Shown: positions 11,857 through 24,948 of the stretch, one piece after another
Position numbering within the stretch: position 1 is the first letter of the stretch
Layout of the letters: each line of letters begins with the position of its first letter
Source: Podospora anserina
Lineage: Eukaryota
NCBI GenBank assembly: GCA_017654855.1
Contig: CM030332.1
Span: 4,340,001-4,404,000 of the forward strand
Direction of reading: 5' to 3'
DNA length: 64,000 nucleotides
Position numbers and translations under genes: made by a program
Notes under the pieces: model-generated
What the model was told of the DNA's origin: nothing
Database searches by the model: none
Seen by the model: the letters and a program-made list of their open reading frames with translations, nothing else

Positions 11857-12972
11857 ATGACTCCGACAACCAGCAACGACTTCATCACCCCCCTCCGCGC
11901 CGCCTCCCGCAACCTGGCGCGCGAATGGGGGTTTTTACGCCCGAAGATTGCGGGATCGGACCTGTCGGCTGCTGCGGTGCACGCTCTCATCGAACTTGGG
12001 AATGGGCGCTCGCTTAGTGTTGATGAGCTGGCTGCTGAGTTGAGGGTTAGTACCGGGCAGGTGAGGGGGGTGGTGCCTGAGCTTGTTGGGAGGGGGCTGG
12101 TCAGGTCAGAGGGGGATGGTGGTAGTTATGGGCTTACAGAGGAAGGGAAGGAGACACTGGGGAGGATCAACGGTTTTGCTCAGAGGCAGGTGGCGAAGGC
12201 GCTGGAGGATGTGGGAGGGGGAAATGGGGTTACGGCTGGGGATATCACGTCTGTGTTTAGGATTTGGACGCAGGCGCTGGAGAGGGCGAGGGAGGTTGGG
12301 GAAAATTTTCCCACGCCGGCGGTGACGCCGGGGCAGGAGGAGGGTCCGTTTGGGTTGCCCGGGACGGGTGCGGTTGCTGGCGCGGGGGTGGAACCAGCTG
12401 TGGCAAAGAGGACGGTTGAGATCGTGTCTGGATATCAGCCTGGGATTCTGGGGAGGGTGGTGGAGATGCATATGGAGTATTACTATCCAAAGTATAACTG
12501 GGGGAGGGAGTTTGAGACGGTGTTTACGGAGGGGATGCTTGACTTGCTGAAGAGGGTCGGGAATGGGAAGGGGAACCAGGCTTGGGCTGCGGTGCTCAAA
12601 CAGCCTGGTGGGAAGGATAGGATAGTGGGGACTGTGTTTATTGATGGGGAAATCACGGCTAAGGAAGGGGTGGCGAAGTTGAGGGCGTTTATTGTTGATG
12701 AAGAAGCGCGGGGGTTAGGGGCAGGGAAAAGACTCTTACGAGCAGCGATGGATTTTATCATGGAAGAAGGGTTTAGGCAGTGTGAGTTGACAACCAGCAA
12801 GGAGTTGATGGTGGCTAGAAAGATGTATGAGACGGAGGGGTTCAAACCGATGGGAGAGTACTGGTATGGCGGTTGGTTGGAAGGGGTGTGTTCGATGGAG
12901 TATTTGTGGGAGAGGCCCGCAGGGAAACATACGCCAAGTGAGGATGGAACGCTCAAGGGGAAGGAAGTATAA
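11857..12972 (+). CDS. MarR-type winged-helix plus GNAT acetyltransferase fusion protein
   Basis: N-terminal LRAASRNLAREWGFL..LSAAAVHALIEL..LAAELRV..YGLTEEG (MarR-like); C-terminal AKLRAFIVDEEARGLGAGKRLL (GNAT acetyl-CoA motif A) and ARKMYETEGF; no intron. Confidence 0.85.
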   Translation: MTPTTSNDFITPLRAASRNLAREWGFLRPKIAGSDLSAAAVHALIELGNGRSLSVDELAAELRVSTGQVRGVVPELVGRGLVRSEGDGGSYGLTEEGKETLGRINGFAQRQVAKALEDVGGGNGVTAGDITSVFRIWTQALERAREVGENFPTPAVTPGQEEGPFGLPGTGAVAGAGVEPAVAKRTVEIVSGYQPGILGRVVEMHMEYYYPKYNWGREFETVFTEGMLDLLKRVGNGKGNQAWAAVLKQPGGKDRIVGTVFIDGEITAKEGVAKLRAFIVDEEARGLGAGKRLLRAAMDFIMEEGFRQCELTTSKELMVARKMYETEGFKPMGEYWYGGWLEGVCSMEYLWERPAGKHTPSEDGTLKGKEV

Positions 12973-13050
12973 TGCCCATCTATGTTCGGTGTCGCTATAT
13001 AACGAAAGTATGATGGCCAAGTCGAATGTCGTTTCGGAACAGATTCGTCG

Positions 13051-13644
13051 TTAACGTGACGAGGCCAATGTCCACAAACCCCCTATTATCCAGCTGGCAG
13101 CCTTCCATGACCCCCATAGAAACGCCACACCCAGCACGCCCAACAGCACCACCACAATACTCCTAATCTCAAACGCCTCGGCAACCTCCATCTTCATCAA
13201 TTTCTTCTGCTTGCTGTGGTAGAAGTCTTCCTTCTCCTGCCCGGGACTAACGGCGAGTGTCTGAGGGTTGCTGATGGGGAATGGCTTTCCATTCTCGTCT
13301 ACAGCTACATACTCGTACCGTTTGTATCTGTAAACAATCCGGTGCAACCACTCGGGCATGCGACTTTCTGAGTCTGAGGCGTGGTAATGCCGCCTCAGGG
13401 CCGAGTTACGCGTGTCGACAAGAAATAAGGAGATGAGGAAAGTGGTGAAGATGATTGGCGTCATGATTAACTTGAAAAGCAATTAGTACAAGCTGATACT
13501 CGAGAGGCTGATGAACCTGAATGTAAAGGGGCACATTAGGGTTTCACATACCTTGTATAATGACGACTGGTCTCCGACTTTAACATCAGCCTGATTGAAC
13601 TTGGCGCTGGCGGCCCGAACGGGGGCTGGTGCGGAGGTTGACAT
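13051..13644 (-). CDS. Small conserved-type fungal membrane protein (two hydrophobic segments)
   Basis: ATG 13644, exon 1 to 13552, GTATGT..CTAAT..AAG intron 13551-13471, in-frame exon 2 to TAA 13051. Confidence 0.75.
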
Positions 13645-14297
13645 TTTATCGGTCTTCGTTTGCTAGGGCTAACTGCCGAGGAAAATTTGGTGAAGGGATT
13701 GTTGTGTTGGAGAGTCGTCTGAAGGCTTGAGGTGGTGAAGATATGGGCCTGAGTTGCTAAGGCGTGAGTACGCAGAGAACGTGGCTGTGACGCGGCTCGA
13801 CTCCTGTCAAACCGATTGAAGCGACGCAAGTAAGTCACCGACGGTTTTGTGCTATCAAAGGCCAACTGTAACGCTTTAATCGACGTTTCGTGTAACCCAG
13901 GTAGTTCCATCAATCAAGGCCAATACCCCAGAGTGCCGTACTCTCGGCAACTGCTGTCCTAATTCCGATGGAGGATGAGAAGTCAAAGTCGATGTTGTAG
14001 TGCATGTATATAGCTCATCAGCCCCAGTTGTTCTACCGACCGACGTTCGGAATACCCATACCCACCATCACCTATGACCGGAAACGCATTTGTTCTCGAA
14101 GACTCTTGGTAGCTCTGTTCGTCATGACGGTTTGACTGCCCCACCATAAATTAGACGATCACCCCTCCATGCCCCTCACTCGAAAGTAGATCGGGTATCA
14201 CCGGGTTTGCAACATCAGTCAGATATGATGGTGGAAAACATCAGCTTTTGAATTGTTCCATTTTGTACATTTACTGATATCGACTCCAATCTGTCAT

Positions 14298-14930
14298 TTA
14301 AGGGAGAGCGATGCACTCAATCTCGACATCAACGCCCTTGGGGAGCTGCCTGACGGCAACGCAGCTTCTGGCGGGCTTGTGGGTGAACCACTTGGCATAC
14401 TCCTCGTTCATAGACTGCATTTTAATTTAGCGAACGCTGTCACTCGACGATCGGAAACTTCGGGTGCTTACGGCAAAGTTGGCCATGTCGGTCAAGAAAA
14501 CATTGACCTTGACAACCTTCCCGATGGAGGAGCCAGCCTCCTCGAGAACGGCCTTGATGTTGGCGATGCAAGCACCGGTCTTCTCCTGGATGGTGCCCTC
14601 AACGAGGTTGCCCTGGGCGTCGCAGGGAATCTGGCCGGAGCAGTAGATGGTGGTAGGGGTCTTGATGGCCTGGGACTGTATATATTAAGTTAGGAGATGC
14701 TTTGACTATTTGAGCTCTCAAAGGTAGTCATACGTATGGGCCAGCGACTATGGTCATGTCAGTCAAGGATCAAGGGAGATGGTAGCTAGTGAGCAGAAAG
14801 ACGTACCCGGGGCGGCCTTGTCGGTGTAGACGGGAGTGGCAGACATGTTGTGGATGAGTCTTGGGAGTGTCCTTTTGGGAGAAACCTGAGAAAAGACAGA
14901 AAGGGATCTTCTGGCAGCAATTGCAAACAT
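14298..14930 (-). CDS. MMF1: RidA/YjgF/UK114 imine deaminase (Mmf1/Hmf1-like)
   Basis: Spliced translation gives [56 protein letters not shown]; three introns and a 14-nt microexon 14747-14734. Confidence 0.9.
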
Positions 14931-16053
14931 TGATTGAGACGGTGGGTTTTCTTGACAGTGGAATTGGCGATTGGCTTTTTGATGGACTCCTTCCCCGCGC
15001 TCCGTTCTTCGGACTACGGTAGTCAACCCCGCAGCCCAGGCCGCTGTTAAGCTCTGGCAGATGCGGATGTGGCCGTCCCAGGGTCTCATATCGTCAATAT
15101 AGAGAATGCACTTTATCCTCGCACCTTGAATGGAGCCTACCTACGTACCCAGGGAAGTGGAACAGTCCAAATTACCCAGGCACTCAAAAGAGCATTTGTA
15201 GATGGCGCCCACCAACCTCAGGTACTAAAAGATACCTGTGCCTACCTTAAAAACCACTCGGTGCCCCAGACATGATGAATACCTCGTGATGGACGCGGGT
15301 TTCAGATGCCTGGGGTTTCTCCAAGTCGTTCTTTCTTGGATATCTCTCGTCTCATCAGAAAAGACCAGATATGCAGATATGTGGCTGAGGTAGTGAATAC
15401 TAGCTACGGAGTACTGTGTTTCTTGGGCACTTTTGATGGTGTTGGTGACGTTTCCCGGTAGCAGCTGCAGGCGGGGCTTGGCATCTCGAGCTCGGGCCTG
15501 GGTGCCGGGTTGCGCCAAGTGGCCAGAAAAAGTTACCCCCCTGCACCCAGAGAATGATGGCGGTGTCCTCAGCGCTGCCGGAGGGAGGGAGGCTTTAAGG
15601 GGTTGTCAAGCAATTTGTTGCCATGTGCATCTTGTCTTCTCTTTGCGCAAGCAACCTTTTGCCATTGGCCCTTCGCATTTCAATCTTCTTCTACTCTCTT
15701 TAAAGTTCCCTTTGTTTTTATCTTCGTCTTCTTCACTTTAAACTGTCATTGGATTCGGCATTAGGGCACTTATACTCGCGGTGTTGCTGGTGAGGTAAGT
15801 TTAGGTGGCTTCCTCCGTCTCCCGCCGTCTGGCATCCAATGTTTGGTAATCGCCGTCCGGCTTGCTCCATCCTGCAATTCCAGTGCTCTCAGATGCCAGC
15901 TATATATCTGCTTATCTTTGAAAGCCTGGGTGAGCTCAGGACTTATTTCTTGCCCTCACCGTCGCGACCATCAACGGCGCTCCAGGCAATCATTAGCTAA
16001 CACTTTTCTTGTCTTCGCAGCCCGACCTTTGAAACTGACCACCACCGTCCATC

Positions 16054-18491
16054 ATGGCTACAACAGCCCCCCAGGGCACCTTGCGCCAGCGTAGCGTAGC
16101 TGGTAGCAAGAAGAACAAAGATGGCGCCTCCTCCGATGTTGAGCTCGACAAGCTCGTCAAGGCCGCCAACCAGCGCCCAAAGGCTGTCTCGGAGAACGAT
16201 CACAGGATCGCCTTCTTCATCATCACCATCCTGGCCTTCATCACCAGATTCTGGGGCATTAGTCACCCCAACGAGGTTGTTTTTGACGAAGTACACTTCG
16301 GAAAGGTATGATGCCCTTTCCCTTGCGCCTTGGGCGACAGTCACGCTGACATCTGCCGCGGTTTATAGTTCGCCTCGTACTATCTCGAAAAGACCTACTT
16401 CTTCGACGTGCACCCTCCGTTCGGCAAGCTCCTCTTTGCCTTTGTTGGCTGGCTGGTTGGCTTCGATGGCCACTTTCACTTCGAGAACATTGGCGACTCC
16501 TACATTGCGAACAAGGTTCCCTACGTGGCCTTCCGCTCCCTCCCTGCCCTCCTTGGCGCCTTGACCGTCTCGGTGGTATACCTTATCATGTGGGAGTCTG
16601 GGTACAGCCTTCCCGCCTGCATTCTTGCCGCTGGCTTGGTTCTGCTCGACAACGCCCATATTGGCCAAACACGCCTGATTCTTCTCGATGCCACCCTCGT
16701 GTTTGCCATGGCCTGCAGCTTGCTCTGCTATATCAAGTTCTACAAGTTGCGCCATGAGCCCTTCTCAAGGAAGTGGTGGAAGTGGCTGATCCTCACTGGA
16801 TTTGCCCTTTCCTGCGATATCTCGACCAAATACGTTGGTCTTTTCGCCTTCATCACCATTGGTTCTGCTGTTGTCATTGAGCTTTGGGACTTGCTGGATA
16901 TTAAGAGGCCTGGTGGAGCTCTGACCTTGGCTCAGTTCGGCAAGCACTTTGCTGCTAGAGCTTTCGGCTTGATCTTCCTGCCCTTCCTCTTTTACCTCTT
17001 CTGGTTCCAGGTTCACTTCACCATTCTCACCCGCTCCGGCCCCGGTGATGATTTCATGACCCCCGAGTTCCAGGAGACCCTGAGCGACAACATCATGCTC
17101 AGCAACGCCATCACCATTGACTATTACGACACCATCTCTATCAAGCACAAGGAGACCAAGGCTTACCTTCACAGCCACCCGGAGCGTTATCCTCTGCGGT
17201 ATGACGATGGTCGTGTTTCCAGCCAGGGTCAGCAGGTCACTGGTTACCCATTCAATGACACCAACAACTATTGGCAGATTCTCCCCGCTGGTGCCGATGA
17301 CAAGCAGCTCAATCGTCACATCAAGAATCACGACCTCATCAGACTCCGTCACGTTGTTACCGACACCATTCTCTTGTCCCACGACGTTGCCTCGCCATAC
17401 TTCCCTACCAACCAGGAGTTCACCACAGTCTCACTTGCGGACGCCTATGGTGACAGGGCTGCTGACACTCTCTTCGAAGTACGCATTGAGCATGGCAAAC
17501 CTAACCAGGAATGGAAGACTATCTCGGGCCACTTCAAGCTGATCCACAACCCAAGCAAGGTTGCCATGTGGACTCACACCAAGCCTCTTCCCGAATGGGC
17601 TTTCAAGCAGCAAGAAATCAACGGCAACAAGCAAATCGCACCAAGTTCCAATGTCTGGCTTGTTGAGGACATTTCTTCTCTGCCCGCCAACCACCCGCGC
17701 CGCGCCAAGGTAGCAAAGAAGGTCAAGACTTTGCCCTTCTTGCGCAAGTGGTTTGAGCTGCAAAGGTCCATGTTCTGGCACAACAACCAGCTGACGGCCA
17801 GCCACCCCTACGCTTCGCTTCCCTACTCTTGGCCCTTCCTGCTCCGCGGTGTCAGCTTCTGGACACAGAATGATACTCGTCAGCAAATCTACTTCCTTGG
17901 CAACCCAATCGGTTGGTGGATTGCCAGCAGTGTCCTGGCCATCTATGCCGGCATCATCTTGGCCGACCAGTTCTCACTGCGCCGTGGCATGGATGCTTTG
18001 GATCACCGTAAGTCTTGATCTCTAATTCGAATCCGAGTTACGGCGGCTAACAATCGCTAGGTTCTCGCTCCCGCCTGTACAACTCCACGGGCTTCTTCTT
18101 CCTTGCCTGGGCTACCCATTACTTCCCCTTTTATGTCATGGGTCGTCAGCTCTTCCTTCATCACTATCTCCCCGCACATCTAGCATCTGCCCTTGTCACG
18201 GGTGCGCTGGTTGAGTTCATCTTCAGCCAGGACGCCGTGGAGCACGAGGTGGCCCATCAAGCCGCTAAGGCCGGCAAGAAGAGCCAGACTCCTAAGCACC
18301 ACTTGACGGCCCGCGAGCGTTTTGCCGGCCAGAGTTTGTTCGGGTCATGGGTTGCCACCGGTGTCATTCTCACCTTGGTTGCCGCGGGCTGGTACTTCTT
18401 CTTGCCTTTGACCTACGGCTACCCCGGCCTGACGGTGGAGCAAGTTATCCGGAGAAAGTGGCTGGGTTATGATCTTCACTTTGCCAAATAG
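16054..18491 (+). CDS. PMT4: Dolichyl-phosphate-mannose-protein O-mannosyltransferase, PMT4 subfamily
   Basis: VVFDEVHFGKFASYYL..FFDVHPP, MIR domains, RQLFLHHYLP; introns 16306-16368 and 18008-18060; probable 5'-UTR intron 15795-16020. Confidence 0.93.
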
Positions 18492-20348
18492 GGGGTGAAG
18501 GAGTCATAAAAAAGAGTTTCCGGCATTTCTTAGACCATCTGCATAGTTGACTCGAGAAGGGGATTGTGAAATGAAGCTGTACGATTTGAAGATTCTCTGA
18601 TTTGCGCGTCTTAAAGGGAGCAAGGAGGCTACAGCCAGTTTGGGAGTACCGGTGGGCGGTTTGGGGGGGATTCTCTGGGGCATGGGGGATATAAAAGTCT
18701 TAATCTTTGCCAGTTTCACTGTGTTTTAGATCATGAATCACATCCGTTGTTTGCACAAAGCCTGTTTGTTTCTGCGAAATACGGTTTGTATTATGGTTCT
18801 CCATTGGCTAGCGGTTGCTTAAATCGTCTCAGCCTTGCTCTCAAGCAACGCAGTTAGCTCTGCCGGATTTCTCGGATATGGTGCCTACTAGACATGGCGC
18901 ATTAGTACCCTGTGCGAGAGATATTCCCAATACCAGATGCCAGTCAGGAACAAGACCAAAAGACTTTCTTCAGAAACCCAGATTATAAGCATAACCAAGC
19001 ACACCGCCCCCAACTGCCCCCCCTCCACCCGCCCCGCAAGCGTATGACGATGCAAGCGTTATCTCCGGTTAGGAAACATGGGCGAATAAAGGAGTAGAAA
19101 GGCAGCGGCGACGAGGGGGTTCATACGGCTCTTCCTATTACTGAGATAAAGGGTTGTAGCAGGCGCTACATAGATCATCATGGAAGTCTTGTTGGTGTTG
19201 TCTCCTGAGGGGCGCTGGTGTTGAGGCAGATAAGGCAGAATGGGAGGAACATACCATTGACTTCAAAACTGTTGGCTGCGTTTGTTGGTTAGTTGATGTT
19301 CCGCCGAAACGACCGCCCAAGCAGCCAGGCCCAATATTTTCTTTCGAGTATATCGCCGGTATCAATTGCTTCGTGTTTCGTTCAATTGAGAGGTTGCGTG
19401 CAACGGAAGATTTGGACCGGTGGTGGGCGGTGTGTTTCGCTTCACAGGACGTCGGTGGTTGTTGCAGGAAGAATTTGAAGCAGAGAGCAAGGAAAATATT
19501 TTTAGTTTTCTTGACCCCAGCTCTGGCTCCACCCAAAGCTTATGTCCGTGTAGGCCAGAGGGTTAGGGTTCGCTGCTCACAGTGGAACCTCATCAATATC
19601 ACAAGGCTATTTTGCGATGCCAAAGTCCCAAAACAACATGATTGCGGACACAACAACTTTCTGGAGACTCAGATCCGTTTTCAAGCCGAATTCCCCTCTG
19701 GTGGGGTTGTGTTGCAAGTGCCCGGCAGCCGGCTCAAAACGATGGGCGGCCGGACAAACTGTTCGCCCACGCCGCCAGCCTTGACGATTCAAACACTCTC
19801 CGAAGCACACCAAGACCGTGCGATATGTCTCTTGTACTCGAGTTGACACAATGGTGTTTTCTGAAACCGGGGCATAACCCCTACCGATGGCGTCAAGGTT
19901 GGAAAGGAGCAACCGCTCTAGACCAAGCGGTAGCCTCCCACTTCAGACGGAATTCGGAGCAAGACGGACACATCAAGACAATACCTGTCAAGAACCTCCT
20001 CGCTAGGACAGGTGTTGAACAGGATGGCTCCATTTGCACTTGGGAGGCTGCAACTGCATGTACATGCACACAACCGCAGTTCGGCACATCCGTCCGGTGA
20101 GTCCTATGAGGCAAAGAGACCCTCGCCAATCATCGCATTTGCCGAAGGTCAAGGGGCTGAACGGCGCGGGGAATTCTGTGACGCGGCGAGGTAGCATCTC
20201 AGGAATATATCGCTCCTGGATCCACGAACACTTTTGAGCCACCTTTTTTCTTATTTTATCTTTCCAGCAAATAAGTGCTTGAGTATTACCGCTATTTCGA
20301 CAACGCCCTGACAACAATAACACACGATAGCAGTAGCAACTTCGCCAA

Positions 20349-22105
20349 ATGGATCTTTTCAGGACCTTACCTGTCCGCTCCATTTCGGTTGTCTCCCTGA
20401 CGACTGCGTATCTGGCGTCATCAGGCAAACTACCCATATGGCCCCAATGGAGCCTGGTACCGTCATTTCTAGCTCTTTGGAGTCTTCAATTCTCCTTCTG
20501 GCTTATATGGGTTCTCTTTCTCTACAATAGTCTGTTTTCTCCCTTTCAAGACTTGCCCACGCCTGACGGCAAACATTGGCTCTTTGGCCATTTCCCCATC
20601 ATCAAGAAGTTTCCGACTGGGAAACCTATGATTGAGTGGTGCGTGTTCTCTCTACAACAACGTCCCATGTACGATCGGTTGTTGACTGTTAATGCAGGGT
20701 GAACACACTCCCGAATGACGGCCTGATCAGATATTTTGGTCTCTTCAACCAAGAGAGGCTGCTCCCTACAAACCCCAAGGTATTGACCGAGCTTCTTACC
20801 ACCAAAAACTATGACTTCCAAAAGCCCTCTTCATGGCGATGGCTCATCGGCCGTATGCTCGGTATCGGGCTTTTGTTGGCTGAAGGCGACGAACATAAAG
20901 TGCAGCGGAGGAATCTGAATCCAGCATTCCACTTCCGCCACATCAAGAATCTGTATCCTATTTTTTGGAGTAAATCCAAGGAGGGTGTAGAGGCCTTGAC
21001 CAAGAAAGTCCTGAGCGAGAAGAAGTCCATCGGGCCATCGGGACCCAAGGACCAAGAAGAAAGCCGTGCGGCTGTCGTCGAGGTCGGAAACTGGGCCTCT
21101 AGAATTGCACTCGACATTATCGGAGTCACCGGTCTCGGTCGTGACTTTGGCGCCATCTCAGATCCAGGGAACGAACTCAACCAGACCTACCAAAATCTGT
21201 TTTCTCCCAGCAAGCAAAGCCAAACGCTCGGTATGCTTAACCTCATCTTCCCGGCCCGTCTAGTCCAACTCCTTCCTGTTCAACGCAACGCAGACATTTT
21301 GGAAGCCGCCCGCTATATAAGGAACGTCTGCCACGACCTCATCCGAGCCAAGAAAGAAAAGCAAGAACGGAAAGAGTCCCTCGGCGACGACATCCTCTCC
21401 ACCGCCATCGAATCCGGTGCTTTCAGCGACGATAACCTTGTTGACCAACTCATGACCTTCCTCGCTGCCGGCCACGAAACCACCGCGTCTGCCATGACAT
21501 GGGCCATCTACCTCCTTTCCAAGAACCCCGAGATCCAATCCCGCCTCCGCGCCGAAGTCCGTTCCCGCCTCCCCTCCCTTGCAGATGATTCCTCCCAAGA
21601 AATCACCAGCGTCGACATCGACTCCATGACCTATCTCAACGCGGTTTGCTCTGAAGTCCTTCGGTATTTCCCCCCTGCCCCCGTCACCATCCGGGTAGCT
21701 GCCTGCGACACCTCGATCCAGGGCCGGCACATACCCAAGGGAACTCAGTTCATGATCATCCCTTGGGCTATCAACAAGTCCGAAGCCCTTTGGGGGCCTG
21801 ACGCAAGGGAGTTCAAACCTGACCGCTGGGTGCCAAAGGACGAGACGGATAAGAGTGCCGCCAGTGGAGGGGCGACGTCGAACTATGCGTTCCTGACTTT
21901 CTTGCACGGGCCGAGGAGTTGTATCGGGCAGCAGTTTGCCAAGGCGGAGTTTGCGTGTATGTTGGCTACGTGGGTTGGGAGGTTCGAGATGGAGCTGGAG
22001 AATAAGGAGGAGGAGGATGAGGAGAAGATTAGTATCAAGAGCACGCTCACGGCGAGGCCGGAGAAGGGGTTGTTTGTGAGGTTAAAGGTGTTGGACGGGT
22101 GGTAG
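20349..22105 (+). CDS. Cytochrome P450 monooxygenase
   Basis: N-terminal TM anchor, AAGHETT I-helix, EVLR, FKPDRW, FLHGPRSCIG heme motif; intron 20639-20697. Confidence 0.95.
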
Positions 22106-22604
22106 ATTGGCTTTGCCTTTTGTCTTTCACGAGGGTCGGAAGTAATTTGTGATAGCTGAAGTTTTCTCTTTGTTGAATTTTCGGTTATATTTCTCTGAAG
22201 CGTGGATAGTGGGTGCAATAGCCAGGCCATATCCTTTTAAACCTACCTTGGTCATATATCTTTGATGTCAGGGCTCCATCTCTTTATCACTTGGACCCTG
22301 CCTCGGATCATGTCAAAAAATAGTTACAACAGCCAACCCATCTACCGTCTTCGCCAACTCATCCGCCCCATTCAACACCGCACTACAGTTCGACTCTGCT
22401 TACTACTCGCACATTCAACGCCAGATGCTTATCAAACAAATTCACCTGCCTCAACACAACCTTCAACATTGCCATCAACATTAAGCCCCAACCCCGGTGC
22501 CTTTTGCCCACGTACACAAGTGCCTCTCGACTTACACCGACACAGGTATCATACCACATGTCATAACACACTACAGTCACCTTCATAATAAGAGACACGC
22601 ATAT

Positions 22605-22690
22605 GGTCACATCTTTACATATCTCTTTCACATATCTCTTCGCATATCTCTTCACATATATCTTCGCGTATCTCTTTCATACATAACATT
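22605..22690. repeat. Degenerate minisatellite (CATATCTCTTT(T)CA-like unit, about 5-6 copies)
   Basis: Directly visible: catatctctttca catatctcttcg catatctcttca catatatcttcg cgtatctctttca. Confidence 0.7.
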
Positions 22691-22899
22691 ACAAAACCAA
22701 TAGAGAATCAGCACTGGCTCTCGTCAATAGCGTCACACAATCCATCACATTGGATGGTACCGTGCTGGTCTGCTATACCAGAACCTACTATAGCACATTA
22801 AGTAGCCCGCCGCAAGCTCCAAAACGTTCTCCTAATATATCATCTGGCACCCGTCATCTTGACTGTCTACTATTGTGTCTTTATGTGATAATGCTAAAG

Positions 22900-23825
22900 G
22901 CATTTATAGCTCAGACTGTCTCTCGAAAAGCTTAGATATAAAAAGCACCCATCAAAAGCCCTTTTATTCAGGGCAAGATTTCTTTTTATCATGTATAAAA
23001 TATGCATTTCACAACTACTTATCGTGTTAGAGTGCAGGATACTTCAGACAGCAGCCATGGAAAGAGTAACAAATCCTCAACATTTTAAGTGTCTTTAGGT
23101 TTCATAGATGTCTTTAAAATATAGTAGACATAAGGAACTTGGACAATCAAATCATAGCTCGGATTATATGACAAGATACCTTTGACTGTGCTTGCCTGTA
23201 GAAGGCAGGAGCTTTGCTCCTGCCTCTCGTCCTCTGTTTGTGTCTCCGGAAAAAGAGGAAATGCTGCAGATGAAGAATCAGGGAAATAGGTATCCAGAGA
23301 GCTGTTTGTCACCAAGAATCCTACGTGTATCAGCTTTTAGTTATAGTAAGTAGAGCAAAGTTCCAGCTACAGCTTCATATTCATTTCACCCACCCATAAC
23401 TTTATGGAGTCTCGCTCCAATCAAGACTCTATCAAAGACTCTTTAACTTTCACCAAGACTTCTTTTATTCAAGCATAACATATTCATTTCAGAACCACTT
23501 GTGCAGGTGTTATATTTACTTGCACATTTCATTGCCCTAGCAACAAGCCTATACTTATTTACTCTTTATAAAGACCTATCAATAGAAAAGATGTCGTTTA
23601 AAAATATTATGGGCTTAAGTAGCTCAGACTATAAGAAAAATAGCTCGGATTATGTCAAAATATAGCTCAGACAGCCCATAAAAAAGCTTGGATATCAAAA
23701 CTCTACCGAAAGACTCTTTCATTTTCACCTAGAATTCTCTTATTCAAGCATAAAACGTGTATTTCACAACCGCTTATGCAGGGGTTATACTCACTTGCAC
23801 AGTTCATTGCCCTGGCAACAGGAAC
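22900..23825. repeat. AT-rich region with diverged direct repeats (possible RIP-degraded relic)
   Basis: About 125-bp units at ~23425-23550 and ~23700-23825 (TTATTCAAGCATAA..ACTTGCACA.TTCATTGCCCT.GCAACA), partial copy ~22980-23035; recurring TAGCTC(A/G)GA motif. Confidence 0.65.
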
Positions 23826-24948
23826 ATGTTTGTTTGCTCCTCCTTTTACCCCTATTCCTGGGGGCGTGACCTTGGCTACTCCTTGGTCCCCTTGCTTAAA
23901 CAACAAACAGAACAGTGCATCGTGCGTGCTGCAGTGGAAATGACATCTGGAAGCACCGGTGGACAAAAATTCTTTGTGGACTGCCAGCAATTGCCCCCGG
24001 GGGCCGTAGGTTGCATGTGTATAAATCGTAAAGATGGGCGGGCATGTGGGTGAAGGTGCCCATTTCTGGAGTGGAGTGGTGTGGGAACAATGCAGTCATG
24101 ATGCGGATGTGCAGCCTGGGTGTTGATGCGGCTCTGTGATGTGGCTCCCTGATCCCACAACGCAGGGCATGTAGTCAAAATAAGGTTGGTGATAGCATCA
24201 GATCAAGAGGCTGGAAGGAGTGTAACTTGCAGTGTGGCAAGTAACGAAGGTAAAATGGAAAGCCAAGCGTCGTGGGTACTTTGTGCCTCCAGGATCGGAA
24301 GAATCATCATCGTTGGTTGATAAAAACGGGATGGACTACAGCTCTATGGTGGAACTAGGAAGATCAGTCGGTGGGGGTTAGTGCCGTAAACATTGAAGAA
24401 AAGGATTATTTTGAATGATCGAAGGTTTAAGCTGATGTACCGTTATGCCGAGCCTTCGTGGGGGTAGGATGGGCCAGGTACCTGACGCCGACGTGGTTGT
24501 GAATAGCGTCAACAATAGTAGGGTGTGATGTGTGATGCGGGTTCCCAGCCGCCTTCTTTTTGCCATGGCGGTAGCTTTTTTGTCAAAACGGGAAGGGGCA
24601 CGGCAAAGGTGCTTGACTTGTCCATTTTCTACATGCCACACCACCGTACAAGAGCCATGAGAAGTATATATCAAGATGCCTTAACTTGAACCCAACCCAA
24701 ACACCACCACTCATATTCCCGCCGTAACTCCTTGCCTGCTTCCTGAAACTCATCTCCAAGCATTAAATCAAATGTATACGCCATATCCCGGTCTCCTGTG
24801 TTGAGCCACCCATTGCGTTAACCTTATCCACCAGGCAAACACGGCCTGAGGGTAGAAGTTGGACTAAAAAATTAGAGTAATACAACCTCCCACCGAAGAA
24901 TCGAACAAAGCATCTTTACACAAGCATCGACAAAAGAAAACAACAAGA

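Noticed and set aside
12040..12972. Strong G-richness of the MarR-GNAT coding strand as evidence of foreign origin
   Set aside because: The same G-rich 3' ends occur in native genes here (P450, MBD4-like), so composition is not diagnostic
15295..15365. Box C/D-like motifs on the minus strand (CTGATGA...CTGA)
   Set aside because: No convincing terminal stem or rRNA-complementary guide recognised
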